From the NCBI GenBank assembly GCA_013239625.1, contig MU053196.1, forward strand, positions 248,001 to 312,000: a stretch of 64,000 nt of DNA, given 5' to 3'. Source of the DNA: Lama guanicoe (Eukaryota). How positions within the stretch are numbered: the stretch's first letter is position 1; every line of letters begins with the position of its first letter. Below, piece after piece: positions 13,380 to 26,085 of this stretch. Under the pieces are notes generated by a model. It did no database searches and had not been told where the DNA came from. It was given only the letters and a program-made list of their open reading frames with translations. The position numbers were made by a program, and so were the translations under genes.

Positions 13380-14235
13380 TGGCCTGAAGACACACTTGTT
13401 CTGGTTCACTGGCCCTGATACACACCATAGACGTTGGACCACTGGTATTTAAGGCACACCTTGGATCAAAGTTAATGGCCTTGAAGACACACACTTGGCC
13501 TGGGTCACTGGCCCTGAATTAGCACCCTGGGCCTGGGTGCTTGGCCCTGAAGACACACTCTTGGCCTAGATCACTGGCCCTCAAGTCACACCATTGGCCT
13601 TGTTGTCTGGCCTAGAAGACACACTCTGGGCCTGTGTCACTGGTGCTGAATGCACACCCTTCGCTTGGGTCACCGGTCCTCAAGACACACTCTTCGCATG
13701 GGTGTGTGGCCCGAAGGTACACCCTGGGCTTTGGTCAATGGCCTTGAAACACACACTGGGCCTGGGTGACTGGCCCTGAAGGCAAACCCTTCCCTGGGTC
13801 ACTGCCGAGAAGTCACAATATTGACCTGGGTCACTAGCCCAGAAATCACACCATTGGTCTGGTAACTAACCCTGTAGATACACCATTGGTGTGGTCACTA
13901 CAAACAAGCACACCTTGGGCCTCGGTCATTTCGTAGAAGACACAACTCAACCTGTGTCACTGGTGCTCAACACACACACTTGGCCTGGGTCACTGACCCT
14001 GAAGAAACACACTTAGCCTGGGTAACTGGCCCTGAAGACAAACCCTGGACCTGTGTGTCTGGCCTGAAGGCACATCTGGGCTCAGTCTCTGGCGCCGAAG
14101 GCACACCCTGGTCCTGGGTTCCTGGTTATGAAGGTACACTCTTGACCTGGTTCACTGATGCTGAAGACATACACTTGGCCCTGAAGACACACACTCTGCT
14201 CAGGTCAATGGCCATGAAGATACACCCTGGACCTT
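13380..14235. repeat. Degenerate 33-bp GC-rich tandem repeat, roughly 25 copies
   Basis: Approximate consensus tgggtcactggccctgaagacacac(c/t)ctgggcc; successive units start at 13501, 13534, 13567, 13600. Confidence 0.9.
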
Positions 14236-14239
14236 CTGG

Positions 14240-17200
14240 GACTTCCATATGTATATGCCAGTTCACTTGACGGTGTTCCACCAAGTCCCCTGGGCTATGT
14301 TCACTTTTCTTTATTCTTTTTTCTTTCTACATTTTTATGCTGAATAATTTTCTTTGTTCTGTCTTGAGTTTGCTGATTCTTCTGTCTGCTCAAACCTGCT
14401 GTTGATCCTCCCTAGTAAATTTTCATTTTAATTATTGTATTCTGCTCTAGAATTTTTTGGTTCCTTTTTATGTTTCTTCAATCTTTTTATTGATATTCTT
14501 ATTTTATTTACACATCACTTTCCTAATTTGCTTTAGTTACTTGTCTATGTTTTCCTTTAGGTCATTGAAAATATTTAAAACAGTTATTTAAAAATATTTA
14601 TCAGATAAATCTGATTTCTGGGCTTCCATAGAGATTATTTCTGTCAATTATTTTGTTCCTTTGAATGGGCCATGCTCTCCTGTGTCTTTGTATGCCTTTT
14701 GTTGTTGCTGCTGCTACTAAAAATGACATTTGAGAATTATAAAGGTGATTACCCTGGAAGTCAGGCTCCCTGATTTTCCTAGGGCTTGCTAGGTTTTTGG
14801 TTGTCAGATGTTGTCTATTTGTTTTAATACTTTCCCAAACTGTTATTTCAAAGACTGTATTCCCTGCTAATGTGTATGCTGAAGTCTTTGATCCTCAGTT
14901 GTGTTCAGCTAGTGTTTTTACAGAGATTTCCTGGAATTTCAGGAACTAAGAACATGAACAAAAACAGAGGTGGAGGGGGGAGATACAGAAAGAGTGACAG
15001 AGACAGAGACAGAGAGATAGAGAGTGAAAGAGATGCAGAAACAGACAGACAGACCTCTAACAATCTTTGAAAATTGGTTCTGTACCAGGACCCTCGTTCA
15101 ACTATTAGCCAAGCTTGTAATGAACAAGCCCAAGGTGAAAATTTAGGGTCTTCTCAGGTCTTTTCTGAGCATGCATCTTGCCTGGGCATTTGCATTGTGT
15201 TCTAAATTCCTCAGTATGCACAGCTGCACTTGAATGAGGACACTGAATGAGGAATTGCCCCGAATGTCTGAGTGTTGGTACTCTGACTTGTAGTGTTTCC
15301 AAGCAGTATCTGCTGGTTTTTCAGTGTTTCTTTGGGAGGATGCAAACTTGGTTCTGCCTACTCCACCATTTTACTGATGTCACTTTCCAGCTTTATTTTG
15401 ATTGGCATTTTCATACCATATGTTTTCCATTCTTCTACTCTTAAACTGACTATATCAATATATTGGAAGTTAATTTCTTGTAGGCAGCATATGATTAGGT
15501 CACTTTTTCCTATATTCTAAAAATTTCTGTCTTTTAATTGGTGTACTTAGGTGATTTATGTTTAATGTCATTATTGATATGCTTGGATTTAGGTCAAGAT
15601 TTTATTAGTTGTTTTCTGCTTATTCCTTCTGGTTTCTGTTCCTGCTTTCCCCTTCCCTGCTTTCTTGTTTGTTATTTGAACATTTTAATATTTATTTTAT
15701 CCAGTGTGGTTTTATCTCGTTGTATAGTATTATCTCCTTAAGGAATGCTCTAGGGACTAGAATACACATATTTAACTTTCACAGTCAAGCTATAACCACC
15801 ATTTTACCACTTCAAATGGAATGTGGAACCCTCATCACCATGTAGGTTTCTTTACCCCTTCCAAACTTTATGTTGCAATTGTTTTATATATTACATTTAC
15901 ACACTGAGAAACCAATCAGAGAATGTTTTAATTTTTGCTTTCAATTACCATACTAACTGCCAAGGACTCAAGAGGAGAACAGTCTGTAATATTTGCCCAG
16001 ATGTTCCAAGGTTCTTTATGGTTTCATTTTCCTTCTGTCTAAAGAAACTCCCTTTAGAATTTATTTTGTAACAGACCTATTGGCAATGAATTCTCTTAAT
16101 TTTGCTTCATCTGGGAATATGGTTACTTCACATCTTGGTTCTAGAAGGATATTTTTCACTGGATATAGAATTCTGAGTTGACTGTTCTTTTCTTCCAGGA
16201 TTTAAAAAAAATGCTTCACTTTCTTCTGACCTCCATGGTTTCTGATGAGAAGTCTGCACTCATTTGAATCTGTGTCCCCCTGTGAGTAATGTGTCATTTT
16301 ACTTTGGTTGCTTTCAAAGTTTTTTTGTCTTTAGTTTTAAGCTGTGTAATTATGCTGTGGTTGATTGTGTGTTTCTTTAGACTTCTCTTATTTGGTGTTC
16401 ACTGAGTCTCTTAAAACTCAAAAGACATGGAAGTTTTTGTCTTTTGTCAAATGTCAGAATTTTCCAGCCACTGTTCTTCAAATGCCTTTTCTGTACACAC
16501 TCTTTCAACTCTCCTGGGACTCTGGTGGCATAAATGTTAGACATTTTGATGTTGCCACATAAGTCCCTGAAAATGTCATTTTCTTTTCAATCTCTTCACT
16601 CCATTGTTCAGATTGAATAGTTTCTATTGATCCTTCTTCAGCGGCACTGTCTTCTTCCTCCCATCATTTCCACTCTGCTATTGAGACTATCTTAAATTTT
16701 CCATGACTGTACTTTTCAGTTATAAATTTTTCATTTAGTTTTTAACTATGTCTTCTACTTCTTTGCTCTCACTTTCTGTATTTTCTTTCAAGAGCATTAA
16801 CCCTTACTTCCTGGAGCATTTTTATTGCTTTAAAGTCTTGTCAAGTAATACCAACACCTGTGTCATCTCAGCATCATTGTCTGTTGATTGTCACACCCCC
16901 CCCCATCCAACTTGAGATTTTACTGGTTCTTATGTCCAGTAATTTTGGATTGTATCCTCGATAATTTGAGCATCATGTTATGGGACTCTAGGTCCTATTT
17001 AAATCCTATGGAAGTTGTATATATGTTTAAGGTCAGATCTATGCATGCACACTTCAAGGATGATCCCAGACATTCATAAGCAACTTTATGGATTCACTTT
17101 CCTGAGATCCTACTTCTCCACAAGTTCCCTGGTACTTTTCAAGCTCCCTGAAGCTCCCCACTTCAATTCCTCAGCCAGAAACTGGGGCTTCACCTACCTT

Positions 17201-18180
17201 CCTCTGCTTACGCTTCATGTAGCTGATCATGTTTCGAGGCCCAACCGACCAGAGGAGAGAGAAAGCAAGCAGTGATACATGCTTCCCTCTTTCCACCACA
17301 GCTCCTCCAAGTGGAGAGGGTGGTTCTGCTCCCTCCAGTTTCCAGCTCCTGTGGGCAGACCTTGATCATTGCTGTTGCACATGCTGCTACTACAATGTAG
17401 CTTAGAGACTGGGATGTGCATGAATGGATGGAAGGAAAAATGGGAGATTTCTGAGTATTAGGAGATCCTTTCCCATCACTCAGCCCAGAACTGGGCAGCC
17501 TCTTCTGGAGCCTCTGTCCTGTACTCTGTGCTCAGGATTTTACACTACACTGCGTCCAGGCTAGATCACACTGAAGGAAAAATATGGTAAACTCACTGCT
17601 GGTTTGGTGATATTTCAAACTCTGCTCTTCTTCTCCAGTCTGCCTGCTACTGTTTATCTTCAGGGACCTCAATTATTTGCCTCATGCATTGTATTCAGGT
17701 TTTATTTTTTATACGTAAGGCTGCATTTAGTGGAGACACAAGGAGCAATGTGCTTGCTCTATTAAAAGAGAAACCTGTATTTTACATTTGTAACTTTTCA
17801 CATTCTAATTACAGTTGCTATTTTAATAATTCACATAAAATGTAGAAATCTTGCAATTATAGGTCCATACTTCTCCCACTCCACATTCTTTATGCTATAG
17901 ATGTAAAATATATTTTATCTATACATATTATGAACTCCACAAGGTATGTTATAGTGTTTGCTTTAAATAGTCATATGTAGTATAAATAAATTAAAGGCAA
18001 ATAAAACATATTTGTATTTGGCCAGATATGTACCATTTCTTATGCTCTTCATTCACTTCTGACAGTCCAAGTTTCCATCTGACATCAACTCCTTTCATTC
18101 TGAAGAACTTACTTTCATATTCCTTGTGGTATTAATTTGCTGGTAGCAAAATATTTTCTGTTATATGAGAAGGTATTTTG
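14240..18180 (-). mobile_element. Cluster of highly decayed old L1 fragments
   Basis: T-rich antisense L1 5'/ORF1-region motifs (ttttcactggatatagaattctgagttg, tttctgatgagaagtctgc, ctgtcttgagtttgctgattctt). Confidence 0.65.
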
Positions 18181-18184
18181 TTTT

Positions 18185-21108
18185 GATTCTTTTTTAACAC
18201 TTTATATTTTAGAGTAGTTTAAGGTTTACATTAAAATTGAGTTATAAATTTCATTGTATTTGTACCTAAGAAATTTCCACATACCCCCTGATGCCACACC
18301 TGCATGGTCCCTCCCATTACAAACACCACTCACCAGAGTGGGACTTTTAATGCATGTGTGTGTTTACCAAGGATACACCTCCACAGACCAGTCACAATCA
18401 CCCAGAGGTCATAGTTTACGTTGGGGTTCACTCTGGTGTCGTATGTTCTATGTGTTTGGACAGATGTATTGTGAGGTGTGTCCACAATTATAGTATCTTA
18501 CAGAGTAGTGTCACTGCCCTAAAAGTCCTTCGTGTTCCACCTACTCATCCCTATCTGTGCCCAGTCCTTGGAGGCCACTGAATTTTTACTTTCTCCATAG
18601 TTATACCTTTTCCAGAATGTGATAAATTTGAAACCATACAGTACATAATTTTTCCAGATTGGCTTCTTTCACTTAGTAATATACATTTACAGTTTTCATG
18701 AGGTCTTTTCATGGCTGGATAGCACCTTTCTTTTTAGCACTCAATAGTATTCAATGTCTGTATGTGCCACAGTTTACTTTTCCATTCACCTACTATAGGA
18801 CTTCTTGGTGATTTCCAAGTTTTGGCTGTTATAAATAAAGCTGCTATGAGTCCATGTGCAGGTTTTTGTGTGGACATACATTTTCAACTCCTTTGGGTTA
18901 ATACCATGGAGTGTAATTGCTGGATCACATGACAAGAGTGTGTTCAGTTTTGTAAGAAACCACCAAATTGTCTTCCAAAGCGGCTGTATGAGTTTTGGCA
19001 ATTATGAATGAAGCTGCTATAGATCCACGTGCAGGTTTTTGTGAGGATATAAGTTTTCAACTGATTTGGGTAACTATCAGGGAGCACAATTGCTGGATCG
19101 TATGGTAAGAAACAGTATGTTTAGTTTTGTAAGAAACTGCCAAATTGTCTTCCAAAGTGGCTGCAGCATTTTGCATTCCCACCAGCAATGACTGAGGGTT
19201 TGTGTTGCTCCCCATACTTGTCAGCATTTGGTGTTGTCAGTGTTCTGGATTTTGGGACGTTCTAATAGGTACATAGTGTTATGTCATTTTAATTTGCATT
19301 TCTCTGATGACATATAATGTGCAGCATATTTCCATATGCTTATTTGCTGTTTGAATATCTTCTTTGATGAGATGTCTCCTCAGATCTTTGACCCATATCT
19401 GTTTTCTTATTGTTGAGTTTTAAGGGTTCTTGTATATTTTGGACAACAGTCCTTTATTAGATACGTCTTTCACAAATATTTTCTCCCAGTCTGTAGCTTG
19501 TCTTCTAATTCTCTTGTTACTGTCTTTCACAAAGCAGAAGTTTTAAATTTCAATGAAGTCCAGCTTATCAATTCTTCCTTTGATATATCATGTCATTGGT
19601 GTTGTATCAAAAAAGGCATCACCATCCCTAAGGTCATCTAGGTTCTCTCCCTTGTTACCTTCCGGGAATTTTATAATTTTGCCTGTTACATGTAGGTCTA
19701 TGATGGCTTTGAGTTATTTTTTAATGAAAGGTGTAAGACTGATGTCTAGATTAAAATTTTTTAGTGTGTACGTCCACAGTATTTCAACACCACTTGTTGA
19801 AGACACTGTCTTCACTGCATTGTGTCGCCTTGCTCCTTCATCAAAAGTGGATTGACTGGATTCATGTGGGTCTACTTCTGGGCTCTCCATTCTGCGCCAT
19901 CGACCTGTTTGTCTACTCTTTCACTAAGACTACATTGTTTTAATTATTGTAGCTTTATAATAAATCTTGAAGTCTGGTGACATCAGTCCTACAACTTTGT
20001 TTTTCTCCTTCAGCAATGTGCTGTCCTTTCTGGGTCTCTATAAAATTTAGAATTAGTTTGTTGATATTCACAAAATAACCTGCTGGTATTTTGATGGGAT
20101 TGATTGACTCTGTAGATCAAGCTGGGAAAAACTGACATCCTGACAATATTGCATCTTCCTATCCATGAACATGGAATATTTTCTGCTTAGTTCTTTGATT
20201 TGTTCATCAGAGTGTTATAGTTATAAATTTCATTGTATTCGTACCTAAGTATTTCAGTTTTGGTGTTTCTAATATAAATGGTATTATTTTTTAAATTTCA
20301 GTTTTCACGTGTTCATTGTTGGCATACAGGAAAACAATTGATTTTTTAAAAAATATTTATTTAGCATTTAATTATTTTATTTTGGTAGGGGGAGGTAATT
20401 AGGTTTGTTTACTTTTAGTGGAGGTACTGGGGATTGAACCCAGGACCTTGTGCATGCTAAGCACGTGCTCTACCACTTGAGCTACACCCTCCCCCCACAA
20501 CTGACTTTTGCTTATTAGCCTTATATCTTACAATGTTGCTACAATCAGTTATTACTTCCAGGAGATTCTTCATTATTGTTGATCTTTTTGGACTGTCCTT
20601 CTGTGTAGACAGTCATGCCATCTGCAAACAAATACAGTTTTATTTTTTCCTTCCCAAACTGTATACCTTTCCCTTCCTTTCTCAACTTACTACATTTGCA
20701 AGGACTTTCAGTATCATGCAGAAGAGTAGTGGGAGGGGACATCCTTACCTTGTACCTGAGCTTAGTGGGAAAGCTTCAAGTTTCTCACCATTAACTATGA
20801 CATTAGCCATAGGTTTTTTTGTAGAGAGCCTTTATCAAGTTAAGAAAGTTTCCCTCTATTCTTAATTTACTGAGAGTTTTTATCATGAATGGGTGGTGGA
20901 TTTTGTCAAATTCTTTTTCTGTATCCATTGATCTGACCAATGATTTTTCTTTTTTTAGACTATTCATGTGCTAGATTACATTAATTGATTTATGAATAGT
21001 GGACCAGTCTTGAGTACCTGAGATAAATCCCACTGAGTTGTGGTATATAATTTTTTAAATCATGTTTTTATTCAATTTGCTAACATTTTGTTGAGGACTT
21101 TGCATCTA

Positions 21109-21110
<2 letters not shown>
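18185..21110 (-). mobile_element. L1 (L1MC-like), ~2.9 kb
   Basis: ORFs 18786..19001 (QPLWKTIWWFLTKLNTLLSCDPAITLHGI) and 20545..20742 (IKLYLFADGMTVY) are ORF2 remnants. Confidence 0.9.
20347..20496 (-). mobile_element. tRNA-derived SINE (Vic-1-like) inserted in L1
   Basis: Reverse complement shows A and B boxes; flanked by degenerate TSD acaattgattttt / acaactgactttt. Confidence 0.85.

Positions 21111-21140
<30 letters not shown>
21110..21140. repeat. (CA)n microsatellite
   Basis: About 15 CA units. Confidence 0.95.
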
Positions 21141-21143
<3 letters not shown>

Positions 21144-23000
21144 TAAGAACATCAAAGGCATTCTTCATTCCAGTGTTTGTGATCTCTAGTGTTTCTTTTT
21201 GGCTCTTTCTTAGGATTTCCATCTCTCTGCTTATGTTGCCCATCAGTTCTTCATGCTGTCTACTTTATCCAATTTGAACCCCATGGCATGTTAATCATAG
21301 TTGTTTTAAATTCCCAGTCTGATAATTCTAACATCCTGCCATGTCTGGTTCTGATGTTTGCTCTGTTTCTTCAAATTGTGTGTTTTTGCCTTTGTCTCAT
21401 AGTTTTTTCTTGTTGTGTGAACAAATTGTACTGATTGACAGGAACTACTGCTGATAGGCCGCTGGTGATGTGATGGTGAGGTGTGGGGGGAGAGGAAGCA
21501 TTCTGTAGTCCTATGCTTGGGTCTAGATCCTTTAGTGAAGCCTGTGCCTCTGGACTGTGAACTTCACAAGTGTTTCTCACTCTTTTTCCTCCCATAGGTG
21601 GGACAGGATGGGTAGAGTAGACTGGAGTGCATTTCCCCTTCCCTAGGTCAGTTAGGCTCTGATGATACTCCAGCAGGTTAGTCTCAGGTTAACTAGTTTT
21701 CCCTGAGGGCAGGCCTTGTTAAGGGAACATGGTGCTCTGGAGTATTTTAAAGTGGTTCTTTCCCCCTTTCTCTGCTGGAGACCTGAGGGGAGCTCCCTCA
21801 GATACTCACCATGGGAGGCTGGTAGAGATCCTGGGGATAAAGCTCACAAAGTGTGGAGTCTCTATGGTTGGGTCCCCACAGAGCCTCCAGGAATTCATCA
21901 ATTACTTTTAGGTTTTCCTACCCTCATTGTTCCCCATGGTGTTGTCTGCTCCGGGTTCCTGCTCAGTAACTGTGATTCTCTGTGCCGGTACATCTCTCCA
22001 GTCTTGGGGGCAGCGGTTTGCCTGGTGTTATTTCCTCTCTTTCAGATTCAACAGTTGATGATTTTTCATTCCATTTGGTTTTTTACTTTTTGTTAAGACA
22101 GAGTGGCGAATTTGAAGTGGAGCTTGAAATCGGAAGTTCCCAGCTGCCTATTTGCAAAAATAAACTTAACTTTGCCTTGATTCTTGAAGGATATTTTCAC
22201 TAGAGAATTCTGGGTCAACAGCTTCCTTTTTCCTGGCCTCATTCACATTTGAGGAAACATCAGCCAATAACTGAATTATCATCCCCGTATTTAATGTGTA
22301 ATGTTTTTCCGTCCTTTCACAAGTTAGTCTCCAGTTCAGCTCCAGTAGTTTGACTGTGATGAGCCTCAGGATGACCTTCTTATATTTGTCCAGCTTGGCT
22401 GTACTGAGCATCTTAAATCTGTAAAGTTACATCTTTTATAAGATAAAAAATTCAGCCATTGTTTCCTCAAATACTTTCCCCATCCCATTCTTTCTCCTCT
22501 CCCTCTTGGTCTTCAGTTGTACATGTGCAAGATTGTTTGATCTCACCTAATAGGTCCCTTGGGATTCCATCTTTTTTTAATCAATCCTGATGCTCTTGGT
22601 TCTTCTCACTGCATCTTTTCTGTTTATTGATCAGGTTTTGCTTATTCTTTCTCCTGTCAACTCCATTTGGCTGTTAAGTCCGTCCAGTGAATTTTTTATT
22701 TAAGTTTTTTTCAGTTCTAGAAATTTTCTTTTGGTTCCTTTTTTGTCATTTCCATTTCTCAGTGAACATGTTTTATTTCACTGGTGATAGTTATAATATC
22801 TACTTTAAAATCTTTGCCTGTTAGTTACAAATCTGAGTCATCTCAGGCTTGATATCAATTTATTTTCTGTTCTCTGGAGGATGAGTTCCACTTCCCTGGG
22901 TTTTCTGTTTGTTTGTAAGATAATTTTGGAAATTGTGGACATTCAAAACATTAAGCTGTGAAGACTCAGGCTTCTGCTCCTTTCCTCTGTTGGTTCTCAG
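21141..23000 (-). mobile_element. Old L1 5'-region fragments
   Basis: Motifs such as ttttaaattcccagtctgataattctaacatc, ttgaaggatattttcactag and cagttctagaaatttt. Confidence 0.6.
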
Positions 23001-25559
23001 TTTTAGAAGACAGCTATCCTGTGGGGCTGCAGAACCTGCCTCACTCAGATCTTTGCTCCTGAGTTGTTGTTCTCAGAGTCTGCCCTGCATGTGTGTAGCT
23101 CAGAGACAGACAGGATTTGGGGATCCCCTCTCTAGATTTCCCTTATAGGATTCTCTCCCTCTCTCCCTCTGGAGGTCATGGTCTCTGGATTCTGCTGTCT
23201 GGTTCTCCACGCCTTCACCACCAGCCCCTGTGGGGCCCTGTGCATGAGGCCCATCATGTCTGGTCCTAAGAGCTACAGAGACAGGCACTGACCTGTACAA
23301 GGGCCCTTTTCTGGGGTGGACAGCCCTGGAATCCATGAGCTTCTCTGGACCTGCAGGCAGCTGCCTTTGTGTGATGTCTGGATGTTGTAGTTGTTCCCTG
23401 CAAGTGTGTGGTCCAGCAGTCATGAATATTAGTATTATTAGTTATTATTAGAAATGAAAGTCCTTCCTTATCGCATAAAAACACTTTGTCACATATGCCA
23501 TTTACCCTTTTCTTTAAACTTTTCAAAGACTTTTATTTTTTTAGATTCTGTCAAAAATGGTAACACACACATCTCTCTCTTTCCATGTTTTCTAATTTGT
23601 CATTGTTGCTAGTGTATATAGGCCTGTTACTGAAATCTAAAACTTGAATTTACATGCAGCCACTTTTCCAAAAATTTAACTTTTTTATTTCTTTTTAATT
23701 TCTAGAGGGCTAATTGTAGCTTCTGTAAATAATGATTGTTCCTTTATCATTTTTATTTCTCTTCTAATTGGAATAGCCTGTCTTCTTGGTTGAACCCTTG
23801 GCTGGCATCCCACTGCCCGTCCCGGGGTCCTGCCGACCTTCCTGAGGATGGGGCGATGTTTGGAGGAGGCTGAACAGAGCTGACCTGAGAGCCCTCTTTT
23901 CTTCCACAACTGGACTCATCAGTTCAACCAAAATGACCAAAAAGAGTGTGTGCCCAATAGAAAGCTTTGGAAGATTTTAGGCAAAAAACAGTAAGAAAGG
24001 CTTTGTTAAAAACATGTGCTGAGTCTAGAAAGGTGGGGTTGATTTCTAGTATTAGATTTTTTGTGTTGTTAAGGACAAAGTGGAACCGTGTTTCATTTTT
24101 TAATTCTCCAAAGTACAATGGAAATAATCTAATTTTTCTTGGCTGAAACTGGAAAGTAAAGCAGAGAATTAAAGAAATTATGAAGATTATTCATATCAAA
24201 ATTTGCCCTGGGAATATCCAGATAATTGAGTGCAATGTAAAGATTTTATTTGCTTGAATTACCTCTTTTATCTTCCATTTCACCTTTATGAATAAAATAG
24301 TGGTCTAGGAAAGGAAAATTGAGACCTTGCTTTTTTGAAGAAAATATTTAAACATTTTCTTAAAATGAAACCAGTGGATAAATGGAAAAAGTACGTGCAG
24401 AGGCGATTCACAGAAGAAATGCAAATAGCCAGTGTACGTATGGAAATGGACACGCCCTACTGCTGGCACAGGAAGTAAAATGAAAGCCATGATTAATGTA
24501 GTATTTTGCCTCCCAGGTTAGCATAGAGTTTTAAAATTGATAACATCCAATGTTAGTGAGCCTGTGGTGAAATAAAGGTTCTCATCTGATGTTGGAAGGA
24601 CGGTCAGTGAGCTCCCACTGTTTGGAGGGTGTGGCTGGTGGGTAGCTCAGACATCCTCAGTTCTGCACCCCTCCCTAAATCAGCCCCTTGCCTCACGACC
24701 TGGTGGTTCCCGCCCATCCTGAGTCCAGGCTCAGCCCTGTGACTTGCAGCAGCCCCCGGGGTGTTCACAGAGTGCAAGCAGGGACATGAAAGGCGTGGGC
24801 CTCTCTCTCTGCCCCCTCCCCAGGAGGACGTACCAGGAGAATGTGCTGGGCTGCTCTGCTGGAGGACAGGACATGTCTGAGCAGAGCAGAGGACCCTACC
24901 TCCCAGCCAGGGCTGCCCCGCATCCCCTACTCAGCCTGAATGCAGACACACAGGTGGGCCAGCCAAGACCAGCAGTGCAAGGAGGGGTCACATGATCAAG
25001 AGGCACTCGTTATTAGATTATTAAATGTAAGGCTTGTGGGGTTTGGTTATGCAGCATTATTGGAGAAGGAGATAACTGAATCAGAAGGCAATAGGCCTAA
25101 CATATCAAGATTTAAAAAATGTATAACCCTCAACCCAGCAATTATATTTCTGGGGAAAAACAGAAGAACTGATGGCTTTGCAAGATGTCCATGAAGGCAT
25201 TATTTGTTACAGGAAAATTGTTTAAATATTCTAAATTTTTATCAGTAGGAAATGATTAAATAAATTATGTCTTATTAAGAGAATATCATGTAGCTATTCA
25301 AAAGAATAAAGTGGATTTATATAAGTTGGTATGGAAAAATGTTTAATATCTTAAGTAAAAAAATTTTACCCAGCAGTAAGCATAATATAATAACATATAA
25401 AAAATACAATTGTAAAATTATAGAGAAATGGACAGAAGAAAACATTTGTAAATTCTGAGAAGTTGTATTTAGGGGGGTGACTTTTAATAATGACCATGAA
25501 TTACTATTACACTTCAAAACAAGTAAGACAAATAACTATTGTTTTTTTTAGTAGATTTA

Positions 25560-26085
25560 TAAGTTTCTTTCCAATCTTATTGAATATAGTTGACCTCCAG
25601 CACTGTGTAAGTTTACAATGTACAACATGACTTGACACAAATATGTTACAAAATGGTTATCACAGTTAATTTAGTCAACACCCATTTCCTCATATAAAAA
25701 CCCTTGTGATGAGAACTTTTAGGATCTTCTCTTTTAACATCTTTCATATATAACACATCACACTGTGCACTACATTCCTTGTATTTATTTACCTTATTAC
25801 TGGATATTTGTACATTTTGACCAACTTCTTCCAAACTCCCCTCACCTCCAGCCTCCACCTCTGATAACCACAAATCCAATTTCTGCTTCCGTAAGCTTTT
25901 TTACTTCCACATAGAAGTGAGATCATGCAGTATTTGTCTTTCTCTGTCTGGCTTACTTCACTGAGCATAATACCCTCAAGGTCCATCTGTGTTGTCACAA
26001 ACAGCAAGATTTGTTTCCTTTCACAACCAAATAATATTCCATTGCATGTGTCTACCACATCTTCTCTCTCCAATCATCTGTCTGC
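25560..26085 (-). mobile_element. L1 (L1MA-like) 3' end
   Basis: cagtatttgtctttctctgtctggcttacttcact; ORF 25789..26073 contains MDLEGIMLSEVSQTEKDKYCMISL. Confidence 0.85.

Noticed and set aside
18828..19170. ~170-bp tandem duplication inside the L1
   Set aside because: The copies are as diverged as the element itself, so this is probably part of the L1MC-type consensus or an ancient event.
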